64,000 nt of DNA from Clostridia bacterium (GCA_017451485.1 JAFTOG010000013.1:527-64526), one strand, 5' to 3'. Shown: positions 39,221 through 49,497, numbered from the stretch's first letter. Numbers and translations: made by a program. The notes: generated from the letters alone by a model not told the origin.

Positions 39221-40477
39221 ATGACAGAATTGAAGAATAAAATGTATGAAATTGCTAAAGCAGCATATGCTGAAATAGGCGTGGATACTGATGCTGTTAT
39301 TAAAAAGCTTAAGAAGGTTCCCGTTTCTATTCAGTGCTGGCAGGGAGATGATGTAAAGGGCTTTGAAAGTAAGGGGCCCTTGACAGGAGGTATCCAGACT
39401 ACAGGAGATTATCCCGGTGCTGCAACAAATATAGAAGAGCTACAGGCTGACTTTGATAAGGCTGCTTCAATGATTCCCGGTAAAAAGAAGCTTTGTCTCC
39501 ATGCAATTTACCTTGATAATAAGGGAGAGAATGTTCCCAGAGATCAGATAAAGCCCGAGCATTATGATGTTTGGATTAAGTGGGCAAAAGAGAGAGGATA
39601 TGGTTTGAATCTTGACCCCACATGCTTTTCACATCCTTATTCTGCTGATGGATTTACACTTAGCCATCATGACGAGAAAATCCGTAAATTCTGGATTGAC
39701 CATGTAATCGCAACAAGAAAGATTGCAGAATACATAGGTAAGGAGATGGGTGAAGTTTGTGCAAGTAACTACTGGATTCCCGATGGATTTAAGGATATTC
39801 CCGTAGATAGAAACGGCTATAGAAAACGCCTTGAGGACTCTCTTAATCAGATTTTTGCAGTACCTGTTGATCCTAAATACAATATCGCTGCTCTTGAGGG
39901 TAAGGTATTCGGTATAGGTGCAGAAAGCTGTACAATCGGCTCCAATGATTTTTATCTTGGATACTGTGCAAAAAATGGACAGTATCTCACTCTTGATGCG
40001 GGACATTTCCATCCTACTGAGGTTATCTCAGATAAAATCAGTACGGGACTTCAGTTCACACCGGGACTTTTGCTCCATGTTTCTCGCCCTGTGAGATGGG
40101 ATAGTGACCATGTTGTTATATTCGACGATGAGCTTAGGGCAATAGCTCAGGAAATCGTCAGAAGCGGAGAAATGGATAGAATACTTATAGGTCTTGACTT
40201 CTTTGACGCAAGCATTAACAGAATTGCTGCTTGGGTAATCGGTGCACGCAATATACAGAAAGCCCTTCTTTTTGCTATGCTTGAGCCTACGGAAATGCTT
40301 AAGAAGTTTGAGCTTGAAATGGATTATACATCCCGTCTTGCTTGGCTTGAGGAACTCAAATCTATGCCGTTTGAAGCTGTTTGGGACAAGTATTGTGCTG
40401 AATGTGGTGTTCCTACAGGTGCAGATTGGATAAAGGATGTTAAGAATTACGAAAAGGAAGTCCTTTTGAAACGATAA
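39221..40477 (+). CDS. rhaA: L-rhamnose isomerase
   Basis: 418 aa with [10 protein letters not shown] and WDSDHVV metal-site motifs. Confidence 0.88.
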   Translation: MTELKNKMYEIAKAAYAEIGVDTDAVIKKLKKVPVSIQCWQGDDVKGFESKGPLTGGIQTTGDYPGAATNIEELQADFDKAASMIPGKKKLCLHAIYLDNKGENVPRDQIKPEHYDVWIKWAKERGYGLNLDPTCFSHPYSADGFTLSHHDEKIRKFWIDHVIATRKIAEYIGKEMGEVCASNYWIPDGFKDIPVDRNGYRKRLEDSLNQIFAVPVDPKYNIAALEGKVFGIGAESCTIGSNDFYLGYCAKNGQYLTLDAGHFHPTEVISDKISTGLQFTPGLLLHVSRPVRWDSDHVVIFDDELRAIAQEIVRSGEMDRILIGLDFFDASINRIAAWVIGARNIQKALLFAMLEPTEMLKKFELEMDYTSRLAWLEELKSMPFEAVWDKYCAECGVPTGADWIKDVKNYEKEVLLKR

Positions 40478-40485
40478 TTCACAAT

Positions 40486-40520
40486 GCAAACACCGTTTTT
40501 TGACGGTGTTTGCAATGCTT
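40486..40520 (+). terminator. intrinsic terminator after rhaA
   Basis: GCAAACACCGT / ACGGTGTTTGC hairpin. Confidence 0.65.
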
Positions 40521-40645
40521 TTATAAAATTCGCTATTTTTTTAATTTTTTTCAAAAAAATCACCTATTGTCATTGAAAATGTGATAAGATATAGACTGTA
40601 TTTATAAAATAATTGACATTAACTTAATTTTGGGGGTAGATACAT

Positions 40646-41770
40646 ATGAACAACAATTATAACGGAGAATTGAAAGTAATTGGAATGAGAGGCTGTGAGC
40701 AGTTTGTTAGTCAAGTTGACTCATATCTCAGAAGATGGAGAAAAAAAGAAGACACATTTATAGCTGATACAATGTGCCCCAGATTTGGCTCCGGTGAGGC
40801 TAAGGCACTTGTTAATGAGTCAATGAGAGGTTTGGACCTTTACATTATTTCTGACTGCTTTAACTATGGCGTAACATACAAAATGTACGGTATGCAGGTT
40901 CCTATGAGTCCTGATGACCATTTTCAGGATCTTAAACGTATTATTGCTGCTACAGGTGGTAAAACAAAGAGAATTACTGTAATTATGCCTATGCTTTATG
41001 AAGGCAGACAGCATAAGCGTACTGCAAGAGAATCTCTAGACTGTGCAGTTGCACTTCAGGAGCTTGTTAATATGGGTGTTTCAAATATAATTACCTTTGA
41101 TGCTCATGACCCAAGAGTGCAGAACGCTATTCCATTAAACGGATTTGATAGTGTTAGACCTACATATCAGATGCTCAAGGCTCTTATGAATAATGTTCCT
41201 GATATCAAGCTTGATAAGGACAATCTTATGGTTGTATCTCCTGACGAGGGTGCTATCGGTCGTTCTATGTATATTGCATCCGTTGTTGGAATTGAGCTTG
41301 GTATGTTCTATAAGAGAAGAAACTACTCCATTATTGTTGATGGTAAGAACCCCATTGAGGCTCACGAATACCTTGGCAAGGATCTTCACGGTAAGGATGT
41401 TATTGTAGTTGACGATATGATTTCCTCCGGTGATTCTATGATTGATGTTTCATTGCAGCTTAAACAGAGAGGAGCTAAGAGAGTATTTGTGTTCTCAACA
41501 TTTGCACTTTTCTGTAATGGTCTTGACAAATTTGATCAGGCATATAAGGATGGCGTTTTTGATAAGATTTTTGCTACAAATCTTACATATCACCCTGAGG
41601 AAGTTTTATCAAGAGAATGGTATTGTAATGTTAATATGAGCAAGTATGTATCATATATCATTGACACTCTTAACAAGGATAACTCCATCAGCGATCTTCT
41701 TAACCCTGTTAAGAAAATTCATGCTTTACTTGATAAGTACAGCGATAATTCCAATATTGACGAAGACTAA
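40646..41770 (+). CDS. prs: ribose-phosphate diphosphokinase (long form)
   Basis: PRPP synthetase N-domain, PRPP-binding loop VIVVDDMISSGDS. Confidence 0.85.
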   Translation: MNNNYNGELKVIGMRGCEQFVSQVDSYLRRWRKKEDTFIADTMCPRFGSGEAKALVNESMRGLDLYIISDCFNYGVTYKMYGMQVPMSPDDHFQDLKRIIAATGGKTKRITVIMPMLYEGRQHKRTARESLDCAVALQELVNMGVSNIITFDAHDPRVQNAIPLNGFDSVRPTYQMLKALMNNVPDIKLDKDNLMVVSPDEGAIGRSMYIASVVGIELGMFYKRRNYSIIVDGKNPIEAHEYLGKDLHGKDVIVVDDMISSGDSMIDVSLQLKQRGAKRVFVFSTFALFCNGLDKFDQAYKDGVFDKIFATNLTYHPEEVLSREWYCNVNMSKYVSYIIDTLNKDNSISDLLNPVKKIHALLDKYSDNSNIDED

Positions 41771-41784
41771 AGGTATATTTTACA

Positions 41785-43497
41785 ATGAATAATTTTAAGA
41801 AAACAGTATCCAAGGATCTTTTTGATTGTATAAAAACTATCTCTCCGGATGCTGTAATTACAGAGAATGATATTCTTGGTATGTTTGAGTATCCTCCGGA
41901 TGCCAATCTTGGGGACATTGCTTTTCCTTGCTTTAAGCTTAGTAGGATTCTAAGAAAGGCTCCTACAATTATAGCTCAAATGATTGCAAGAGAATTTAAG
42001 TCAGATGTAGTATCAAAGGTGGAATCGGTAAACGGATATCTCAATATTTTTGTTTCCAATTCTTATCTAGTAGACAATGTTTTGATAAAAATTGAAGATG
42101 AAAAAGAAAAATATGGCTCTGATAGCTCAGGAATAGGTAAGGTTGCTGTGTTTGACTATTCCTCTCCCAATGTTGCTAAGCCATTCCATATCGGACACTT
42201 AGGCACAACAGTCATAGGCCATTCACTCAAAATGCTTCACCAATTCCAGGGATATGAATGTGTTGGTATAAACTACCTTGGAGACTGGGGCACACAGTTT
42301 GGTAAGCTTATTGTAGCTTATAATATGTGGGGAGATAAAGAAGCTATTGAAAAAAATGGCGTTGATGAGCTTGTAGCTTTATATGTAAAGTTCCATGAAG
42401 AAGCTGAGGCTAATCCCGAGCTTAACCAGTTAGCAAGAAATGAATTTACCAAGCTTGAGCACCATGATGAAACAAATATAGCACTTTGGAAGTGGTTTGT
42501 AGATATAAGTCTCAAAGAATACAAAAAAACATATAATCAGCTTGGCATAGAATTTGACAGCTATAAGGGCGAAAGTTTCTATACAGATAAAATGCCTGCA
42601 CAGATAGAGAAGCTTAAGGAAATGAATCTTCTTAAGCTTGACCAGGGTGCGTCAATTGTAGATTTGGAGGAATATAATATGCCTCCTTGTCTGATTCTTA
42701 AAAAGGACGGCTCCACTTTATATCCTACAAGAGATATTGCCGCAGCAGTTTACCGTAAGGAAGCCTATAAATTCGATAAATGCATATATGTTACATCAGC
42801 CGGACAGAGCTTACACTTTGCACAATGGTTTAAGGTTGTTGAGCTAATGGGCTATGATTGGCATAATCAGCTTGTACATGTTCCGTATGGTACTGTTAGT
42901 ATAAACGGAGAAAAGCTTGCTACAAGAACAGGTAATGTAATTCTTCTTAAGGATCTCTTTGCAACTGCAATAGAGAAGGTTAAAGAAATTATTAATGAAA
43001 AGAACCCAGAATTACCCGACAAGGATAGTGTTGCTGAGGCTGTAGGTGTTGGTTCTGTAATATTCTATTATCTTTACAACAATAGAATCAAAGATATCAA
43101 CTTTGTAATGAAGGATGCTTTAAGCTTTGACGGAAATACAGGACCATACGCACAGTACACATATGCTCGTACCTGTGGTATACTTGAGAAGGCTTCCGGT
43201 ATGGATATTAATGTAGATCCTGTATTAACAACTGGCGAAGAAACCGAGCTTCTTAAGGTTCTTTCAAAGTTCAATGAGGCTGTAAGAAATGCTATCAAAG
43301 AATACGAGCCTTCAGTTATTACAAGATATATTATTGATGTATGCTCAGCTTTTAATAAATTCTATCATAACTGTCAGATCGTATCTGCCGAGGATGAAGC
43401 AGTAAGAGCTACCCGTATTCGTTTGACAAAAGCAGTGAAAACAGTTTTAGGCTCTGCATTTGAGCTTATTTGTATAAAGAAAACAGAAAAAATTTAA
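41785..43497 (+). CDS. argS: arginine--tRNA ligase
   Basis: SSPNVAKPFHIGHL (HIGH motif). 570 aa with a DALR-type C-terminus. Confidence 0.93.
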   Translation: MNNFKKTVSKDLFDCIKTISPDAVITENDILGMFEYPPDANLGDIAFPCFKLSRILRKAPTIIAQMIAREFKSDVVSKVESVNGYLNIFVSNSYLVDNVLIKIEDEKEKYGSDSSGIGKVAVFDYSSPNVAKPFHIGHLGTTVIGHSLKMLHQFQGYECVGINYLGDWGTQFGKLIVAYNMWGDKEAIEKNGVDELVALYVKFHEEAEANPELNQLARNEFTKLEHHDETNIALWKWFVDISLKEYKKTYNQLGIEFDSYKGESFYTDKMPAQIEKLKEMNLLKLDQGASIVDLEEYNMPPCLILKKDGSTLYPTRDIAAAVYRKEAYKFDKCIYVTSAGQSLHFAQWFKVVELMGYDWHNQLVHVPYGTVSINGEKLATRTGNVILLKDLFATAIEKVKEIINEKNPELPDKDSVAEAVGVGSVIFYYLYNNRIKDINFVMKDALSFDGNTGPYAQYTYARTCGILEKASGMDINVDPVLTTGEETELLKVLSKFNEAVRNAIKEYEPSVITRYIIDVCSAFNKFYHNCQIVSAEDEAVRATRIRLTKAVKTVLGSAFELICIKKTEKI

Positions 43498-43512
43498 TTT
43501 CAAGAGGTTATT

Positions 43513-44241
43513 ATGTCAGGACATAGCAAATGGAAAAATATAATGCACAAAAAAGAGAAGACTGATGCTCAAAGAGCTAAAATCTTCACAAAAATCGGTA
43601 AGGAAATGGCTATTGCAGTAAAAGAGGGCGGTCCCGATCCTGCCGTTAACTCAAAGCTTGCTCAGCTTATTACTAAAGCAAAGGCAAATAATGTTCCTAA
43701 TGATAACATCGAAAGAACAATTAAAAAGGCAAGCTCTTCTGATGCAGCATCCCTTGAGGAAATGAGATATGAGGGCTACGGTCCTGCCGGCGTTGCTGTA
43801 ATTGTAATTGCTGCAACCGACAATACTAACCGTACAACACCTGAAATCCGTTCATACTTCAGCAAATACAAGGGAAATCTTGGTACAACCGGATGTGTTG
43901 GATATCTCTTTGAGGATAAGGGTGTAATTATGATATCTAAGGAAGAGGGATACGATGAAGATGAGCTTATGGAAGCTTCATTAGAGGCCGGAGCAGCTGA
44001 TTTTGTATCCGATGAAGAGGCTTATATAATTTATACAGAGGATAATGATCTTGAAGCTGTTGCAGCTGATATCGAAAAGGCTGGCTTTAAGTATGTATCT
44101 GCAGAGCATGATAAGATTCCCTCAACATATGTTACACTTGACAATGAGGATGACATTAAGTATATGAATTTACTTATTGAGCATCTCGAGGATAATGATG
44201 ATGTAACAGAGGTTTACCACAACTGGGAAAACTGCGATTAA
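43513..44241 (+). CDS. yebC: YebC/PmpR-family transcriptional regulator
   Basis: MSGHSKWKNIMHKKEKTDAQRAKIFTK. Confidence 0.92.
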   Translation: MSGHSKWKNIMHKKEKTDAQRAKIFTKIGKEMAIAVKEGGPDPAVNSKLAQLITKAKANNVPNDNIERTIKKASSSDAASLEEMRYEGYGPAGVAVIVIAATDNTNRTTPEIRSYFSKYKGNLGTTGCVGYLFEDKGVIMISKEEGYDEDELMEASLEAGAADFVSDEEAYIIYTEDNDLEAVAADIEKAGFKYVSAEHDKIPSTYVTLDNEDDIKYMNLLIEHLEDNDDVTEVYHNWENCD

Positions 44242-44251
44242 CAGACAATAT

Positions 44252-44282
44252 AAAAGGAGTTGTCACATGACAACTCCTTTTT
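44252..44282. terminator. bidirectional terminator (yebC / manA)
   Basis: AAAAGGAGTTGTCA / TGACAACTCCTTTT hairpin. Confidence 0.8.
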
Positions 44283-44289
44283 GGTATAT

Positions 44290-45240
44290 TTATATTTCAG
44301 ATACAATTATTTCAGCTTTACCTAATATTTTGTAATCTCCTATGTTAGCAGGAACAAAATAGCTATCACCCTTTACAACAGGAAATTCCATATCTTGATA
44401 TATGATTTTTGCTTCACCGTCAAGGCAGAGAACAGAATTAAAGCTTTCTTTACATGTTGAAAGAGAAATCTCGCCATTAAGATTGTATTTATTAACAGTA
44501 AAAAACTCGCAGGATGCTAAGCAGGTATCGGTTTTTTCACCTTTTGAATACCTAATTTTATTAATTTCATATTCATTTCTGTTTACAATAACATTAAGAG
44601 CATCTGTTATATGGAGTTCTCTTGGTTTACCATCCTTACCAACTCTGTTATAGTCATATACTCTGTATGTAATATTTGAATTTTGCTGTATTTCCGCTAA
44701 TAAAATACCGGCACCGATAGCATGTACAAGTCCTGAAGGGATAAAGAATACATCACCTTTTTTAACACTGACATAATTAAGCTGTTCCTCGACTGTTCCA
44801 TTGGAAATTGCTTCTCCGAGTGATTGAACATCGCATCCGGGCTTTAAGCCATAGACAAGCTTTGCACCGGGTTTAGCATCAATTACATACCACATTTCTG
44901 TTTTTCCGAGGCTGTTTGCTTTGTCAAGTGCATATTCATCATCCGGATGAACCTGGATAGAAAGATTATCCTCAGCATCAATAAATTTAATAAGAAGAGG
45001 GAAGCGATCAAGTTCTTTATCGGTTACAACAGAAAAACCGTTTTTATCGATATACTCCTGCATTGTAAAACCATTAAATTCACCGTCGTTTATAGTATTC
45101 ATACCATCATTTCTAACAGTCAATTCCCAGCTTTCTGCAATGTTTTTAAGATTTGACACTTTATTATAATCGGTTTTTAATTTATTACCACCCCAGATTA
45201 TTTCCTTAAATTCCGGATTTAATTTAATAGGCTTTAACAT
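44290..45240 (-). CDS. manA: class I mannose-6-phosphate isomerase
   Basis: IWGG, LSIQVHPDDEYA, HAIGAGILLAEIQQNSNITYRVYDY. Confidence 0.85.
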   Translation of the reverse strand: MLKPIKLNPEFKEIIWGGNKLKTDYNKVSNLKNIAESWELTVRNDGMNTINDGEFNGFTMQEYIDKNGFSVVTDKELDRFPLLIKFIDAEDNLSIQVHPDDEYALDKANSLGKTEMWYVIDAKPGAKLVYGLKPGCDVQSLGEAISNGTVEEQLNYVSVKKGDVFFIPSGLVHAIGAGILLAEIQQNSNITYRVYDYNRVGKDGKPRELHITDALNVIVNRNEYEINKIRYSKGEKTDTCLASCEFFTVNKYNLNGEISLSTCKESFNSVLCLDGEAKIIYQDMEFPVVKGDSYFVPANIGDYKILGKAEIIVSEI

Positions 45241-45315
45241 AGTTTGTAAACTCCATTTTCATTATATTTATATATGTATTTTAATATAAATAAGCATAAA
45301 AGTCAATATAGAATA

Positions 45316-45342
45316 TAAAAAAGCGGAGAATAGATCTCCGCT
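45316..45342 (-). terminator. intrinsic terminator ending the ylxM-ffh-rpsP-KH operon
   Basis: AGCGGAGA / TCTCCGCT hairpin followed by TTTTT on the minus strand. Confidence 0.75.
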
Positions 45343-45346
45343 AATT

Positions 45347-45583
45347 TTATTTAATTTCGACTGTAACCTTTCTGTTATCAATTTTTGCAACAGTCTTCAT
45401 CACAGTACGCATCGCCTTGGCAATTTTGCCATGTTTACCTATAACCATGCCGACATCTTCCTCTGCTACGGTTAATGTCAAAAGCACTTCGTCGCCTTCC
45501 ACATGCTCTGTAATAACTACTTTATCGGGATTATCGACAATAGATTTTACAATATTACCAAGAACTGTGCTTAAATTTATCAT
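45347..45583 (-). CDS. KH-domain RNA-binding protein (YlqC-like)
   Basis: Start re-set to ATG 45583 with AGGTG SD. GMVIGKHGKIAKAMRTV contains the GxxG KH motif. Follows rpsP. Confidence 0.85.
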   Translation of the reverse strand: MINLSTVLGNIVKSIVDNPDKVVITEHVEGDEVLLTLTVAEEDVGMVIGKHGKIAKAMRTVMKTVAKIDNRKVTVEIK

Positions 45584-45638
45584 ATTGCACACCTTGATTA
45601 TTCGTAAAAATAATCACCTTTCTTTAATTGGAAGTAGA

Positions 45639-45884
45639 TTATTTAACAATTCCGCTTTTCTTAAGGATAGACTTTACAGTTTCAGTGGGCTGTGCACCGT
45701 CGTTCAACCATTTTTCAGCCTTTGCTGTATCAATCTTGATCTCAGCAGGATCTCTCAAAGGGTTGTAGTAGCCAATCTCATCGATGAACTTGCCATCTCT
45801 GGGAGATCTTTCATCTGCAACGATTACACGGTAAAAAGGAGCCTTCTTTGCACCCATTCTCTTAAGTCTGATTTTAACTGCCAT
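45639..45884 (-). CDS. rpsP: 30S ribosomal protein S16
   Basis: [31 protein letters not shown]. Confidence 0.95.
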   Translation of the reverse strand: MAVKIRLKRMGAKKAPFYRVIVADERSPRDGKFIDEIGYYNPLRDPAEIKIDTAKAEKWLNDGAQPTETVKSILKKSGIVK

Positions 45885-45930
45885 TTTTGTTTTCCTCCAT
45901 AAATATTTTGTTTATATTTTATAATTTTTA

Positions 45931-47277
45931 TTAAAATTTGAAAGGCATTTTTCTTTTTCCAAATCCGCCAAACAATCCACCAAGCTTACCGGAAGCCATT
46001 TGCTTCATCATTTTCTTCATTTGTTCAAACTGCTTGAGAAGCTTGTTAATTTCCTCGACAGAGGTACCACTACCTGTAGCAATCCTCTTTTTGCGAGAAG
46101 AGTTAATTATATCGGGGTTAACTCTTTCTTTAGGTGTCATAGAAAGGATGATAGCCTCTGTACGGGCAAGCATACTTTCATCAACCTTGGCATCCTTCAT
46201 TGCTGCTGTATTCATACCGGGAATCATACCCATAAGGCTATCAAGGGATCCCATCTTTTTAAGCTGAGCAAGCTGATCAAGATAATCGGTGAGGGTAAAT
46301 GTATTTTGCCTCATTTTTTTCTCTAATTCTTCTGCCTTTTTCTTGTCAAAATTTTCTTCAGCTTTTTCAATTAAAGAGAGAACATCTCCCATTCCAAGTA
46401 TTCTTGATGCCATTCTGTCGGGGTAGAATGGCTCAATAGTATCAAGCTTTTCTCCAGTACCAACAAACTTGATAGGCTTACCTGTAACATATCTAACGGA
46501 AAGAGCAGCACCACCACGAGTGTCACCGTCAAGCTTTGTAAGAACTACACCTGTAATTTCAAGCATATTATTAAAGCTTTCCGCAACATTTACAGCATCC
46601 TGACCAAGCATTGCATCAACAACCAAAAGAATTTCAATCGGGTTGGTAGCTGCCTTAATATTCTGAAGCTCCTTCATAAGAACCTCATCTACATGCAATC
46701 TACCTGCGGTATCTATAAATACCATATCATGTCCGTGCTTTTTAGCATAGGCAAGAGCATCCTTAGCAATAGAAACAGGATTTTTAGATTTTTCATCGGC
46801 GTAAACGGCAATACCGAGCTTTTCGCCAACTACCTGTAACTGCTTAATAGCAGCAGGACGATATACATCGCATGCTACCAAAAGAGGATTCTTTCCTTGT
46901 TTTTTATAAAGGCCGGCTATTTTACCTGAATGAGTTGTTTTACCTGCACCTTGCAAGCCTACCATCATTACAACAGTAGGAGGTCTAGAGTCAATTTCAA
47001 GCTTTGCCTGGGTTTTACCCATAAGGTTAATTAGCTCTTCATTTACTATTTTTACAACCTGCTGACCGGGAAGGAGGCTTTCTAAAACCTCAGATCCAAT
47101 AGCCCTGTCAGTTACAGATTTTACAAATTCCTTTACAACCTTAAAGCTAACATCCGCCTCGAGAAGAGCAAGCTTGATTTCTCGCATACCTTCCTTTACA
47201 TCGGCAGGAGTTAATTTACCTTTATTTCTAAAACGCTTAAAAGCATTAGACAATTTTTCGGATAAATTCTGAAACAT
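45931..47277 (-). CDS. ffh: signal recognition particle protein
   Basis: GLQGAGKTT, DTAGR, TKLDGD, Met-rich M domain. Confidence 0.95.
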   Translation of the reverse strand: MFQNLSEKLSNAFKRFRNKGKLTPADVKEGMREIKLALLEADVSFKVVKEFVKSVTDRAIGSEVLESLLPGQQVVKIVNEELINLMGKTQAKLEIDSRPPTVVMMVGLQGAGKTTHSGKIAGLYKKQGKNPLLVACDVYRPAAIKQLQVVGEKLGIAVYADEKSKNPVSIAKDALAYAKKHGHDMVFIDTAGRLHVDEVLMKELQNIKAATNPIEILLVVDAMLGQDAVNVAESFNNMLEITGVVLTKLDGDTRGGAALSVRYVTGKPIKFVGTGEKLDTIEPFYPDRMASRILGMGDVLSLIEKAEENFDKKKAEELEKKMRQNTFTLTDYLDQLAQLKKMGSLDSLMGMIPGMNTAAMKDAKVDESMLARTEAIILSMTPKERVNPDIINSSRKKRIATGSGTSVEEINKLLKQFEQMKKMMKQMASGKLGGLFGGFGKRKMPFKF

Positions 47278-47293
47278 TGATTATAACCTCCAG

Positions 47294-47656
47294 TTAATCA
47301 GTATAATCAGCAAGTTCTTTGATTTGACTTATAATCAAATCAATTTCATTCGAAACAAAACTGTCATTTATTTTTGAATTAAGTTCTGTAAGGCGTTCTG
47401 CAATTTTATCTGATTTTTCTTGTACTGTCCCAAATCTTGAAGCAAGATTAAGCTTTTCTTCCATTTCAGTAAGAATAGTCTCACCCTTTTTCAAAACACT
47501 ACGAACACCTTGTCTTGATATAGAAAAATTTTCTGCAATTTCAGAAAGCGAAAGATCATTGTTATAATACATATCAAGCATATCTTTTTGTCTTTCGGTA
47601 AGTATATCACCGTAAAAGTCCAGTAAAACAGAAATATTCAAATTTTTTTCAAACAT
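47294..47656 (-). CDS. ylxM: YlxM (UPF0122) putative DNA-binding protein
   Basis: 120 aa with a sigma-70 region-4-like HTH LSLSEIAENFSISRQGV. Conserved position upstream of ffh. Confidence 0.85.
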   Translation of the reverse strand: MFEKNLNISVLLDFYGDILTERQKDMLDMYYNNDLSLSEIAENFSISRQGVRSVLKKGETILTEMEEKLNLASRFGTVQEKSDKIAERLTELNSKINDSFVSNEIDLIISQIKELADYTD

Positions 47657-47699
47657 AACTATTTACCTCCTGAATAGGTGTAAACTTAATTGCTTTACA

Positions 47700-47728
47700 A
47701 GTATACCATAAGGTAATTGATTTGTCAA
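47700..47728 (-). promoter_or_regulatory. sigma-A promoter of ylxM-ffh-rpsP
   Basis: Minus strand: TTGACA (47728-47723), 17 nt, TATACT (47705-47700). Confidence 0.6.
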
Positions 47729-47958
47729 TAGTAAATTACTAAAATCTTAAATTAAATTTTTTATAATAGATCAGTAAGAAATTATTATATAAAATATTTA
47801 TTTTCAACTAATTAGATTTTATAATATTCTTTTAATACAATAAATTTAATAAATGATTGAAAATGCGATTTATTCATTGAAAACTATAAAATTAATATTT
47901 TAATCGATCAATTCATCACAAAACAAAAAATAATTGCGTTTTCAAGAATAATTAAAAT

Positions 47959-47980
47959 CGCCTGATAAATTCATCAGGCG
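47959..47980 (-). terminator. hairpin, probable spoIIID terminator (about 125-nt 3' UTR)
   Basis: CGCCTGAT / ATCAGGCG with a 6-nt loop. On the minus strand it is followed by ATTTTAATTATT. Confidence 0.45.
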
Positions 47981-48105
47981 AAAAATTTTTTTAAACCATA
48001 CTATTCTCCAAATTATATAAAATTTGCATTTTGTATAATTGAATCAATAGAAATTTTATAATACAAATTTGCTATGAGATGAGAAATATGCGTAATTGCA
48101 GAAAA

Positions 48106-48375
48106 CTAAGCATTTTTGGAATTCTTTATTAAATACTTTAACCTTGTAGCCTCTCCACCTCGTAAATGACGTTCTGACTTATTTAATTGAAGAAGCTTCT
48201 CCACCTGGCAATATAGAGTATAATTTATTTTATATAGCTTTTCCGTTATATCTTTATGTACGGTTGATTTGCTGTAGCCGAATTTTTTTGCTGTCTGACG
48301 AACGGTGGTTTTATTTTCTAAAATATATATAGCAAATTTTTCACATCTTTCTTCACTGCTTGAAAAATATATCAT
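48106..48375 (-). CDS. spoIIID: stage III sporulation protein D
   Basis: 89 aa with TVRQTAKKFGYSKSTVHKDITEKL HTH and KSERHLRGGEATRLKY. Confidence 0.9.
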   Translation of the reverse strand: MIYFSSSEERCEKFAIYILENKTTVRQTAKKFGYSKSTVHKDITEKLYKINYTLYCQVEKLLQLNKSERHLRGGEATRLKYLIKNSKNA

Positions 48376-48411
48376 ATTAACTCCAAATCTATTATGTTAA
48401 TATAATATATG

Positions 48412-48438
48412 AAGAAAACCGCATAAAAATGCGGTTTT
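48412..48438 (-). terminator. intrinsic terminator after galM
   Basis: ACCGCAT / ATGCGGT hairpin with flanking A/T runs. Confidence 0.7.
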
Positions 48439-48443
48439 CCATA

Positions 48444-49496
48444 TTAATTTTCAAATTTGAAAACAGTTGTGTAATCGTAAAGTTCTCCGGGATTAAGCTC
48501 ACATGTCAAAAATTCAGCATGATTGGGTGCGTCCGGTGCATGCTGTGTTTCAAGACAAACTCCGCATCTCTTAATCGGCTTAACACCGTTTTTGAAGGGG
48601 GCATAATCTGTTACAACACAGTTACCGGTATAAATCTGTACACAGGGTTGATTGGTATATGCCTTCATTACTCTTCCCGACTTAGGATCCTTGAGAGTAG
48701 CAAAATGCTTGATTTCTCCATTTGTGTTAAGTATGTAGTTATGGTCATATCCTTGACCGTAGATAAGGTTAATATTATTGTTATCTATTTCTTTACCTAT
48801 TGCTTTTTCTTTTCTAAAATCAAATTCTGTATTTTCTACAAAAAGTTCTTCACCGGTTGGAATAAGCTCATCATCGGTTAAGGTGATTTTATCAGCATCA
48901 ATCCAAAGTGTATGATCCATTATAGTTCCACTATCATGACCTGCAAGGTTAAAATAAGAATGATTTGTCATATTAACAATAGTTTTCTTATCTGTGGTAG
49001 CCTTATAATTGATAGAAAGCACATTTTCATTATCAAAGGTATAGAGTACCTTTACCTGTAATGTACCAGGGTATCCTTCTTCTCCATCGGGGCTAACTAT
49101 GGAAGCCTCGAGATACATAGTTCCTCCAATTTCCCAAGTTTTGATATCCCATATCTTTTTGTCAAAACCAAATTCACCTCCGTGAAGATGGTTTCTACCA
49201 TTGTTAACAAAAAGGTTATATTCCTTACCGTCAAGAGAAAATTTTGCTTTAGAAATTCTGTTGCCAAAGCGTCCGATAAGGGCTCCATGGTATCCGGTAT
49301 CGCCAAGATAAGCCTTTACATTATCGAATCCACACACAACATCGGCAAGAACACCGTTTTTATCCGGAATATTAAGCTCATTTATTCTACCACCTAAAGA
49401 AAGAAGCTTTACACTTGCGTTATTGGAGTTTGTAAGAGTATAAGCATAAACTTCTCTACCGTCAGGCATTTTATCAAAAAAACTCTTAGTAATCAT
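48444..49496 (-). CDS. galM: aldose 1-epimerase
   Basis: GRFGNRI, HLHGG, NMTNHSYFNL, ETQHAPDAPNH. ATG 49496 is preferred (GGAG 6 nt upstream) over ATG 49508. Confidence 0.88.
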   Translation of the reverse strand: MITKSFFDKMPDGREVYAYTLTNSNNASVKLLSLGGRINELNIPDKNGVLADVVCGFDNVKAYLGDTGYHGALIGRFGNRISKAKFSLDGKEYNLFVNNGRNHLHGGEFGFDKKIWDIKTWEIGGTMYLEASIVSPDGEEGYPGTLQVKVLYTFDNENVLSINYKATTDKKTIVNMTNHSYFNLAGHDSGTIMDHTLWIDADKITLTDDELIPTGEELFVENTEFDFRKEKAIGKEIDNNNINLIYGQGYDHNYILNTNGEIKHFATLKDPKSGRVMKAYTNQPCVQIYTGNCVVTDYAPFKNGVKPIKRCGVCLETQHAPDAPNHAEFLTCELNPGELYDYTTVFKFEN

Positions 49497-49497
49497 A

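Noticed and set aside
41771-41784. T-box leader upstream of argS
   Set aside because: Only 14 nt separate prs and argS. There is no room for a T-box, so argS is apparently co-transcribed with prs.
45417-45902. 161-aa plus-strand ORF spanning the KH gene and rpsP
   Set aside because: It is antisense to two conserved genes and the intergenic region between them. It is not plausible as a coding sequence.
47851-47900. ATTGAAAA direct repeat as a pair of -35 elements for a small RNA
   Set aside because: No acceptable -10 lies at 16-18 nt from either copy, and there is no downstream terminator in the plus orientation with a T-run adjacent to the stem.
48376-48411. Sigma-E promoter for spoIIID (TCATATA ... 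CATAATAG on the minus strand)
   Set aside because: The two elements are only about 9 nt apart instead of about 14, and the -10 would leave almost no leader before the SD. I could not support this call.
48429-48881. 150-aa plus-strand ORF at the 3' end of galM
   Set aside because: It is antisense to galM, starts inside the galM terminator hairpin, and gives a hydrophobic junk translation.
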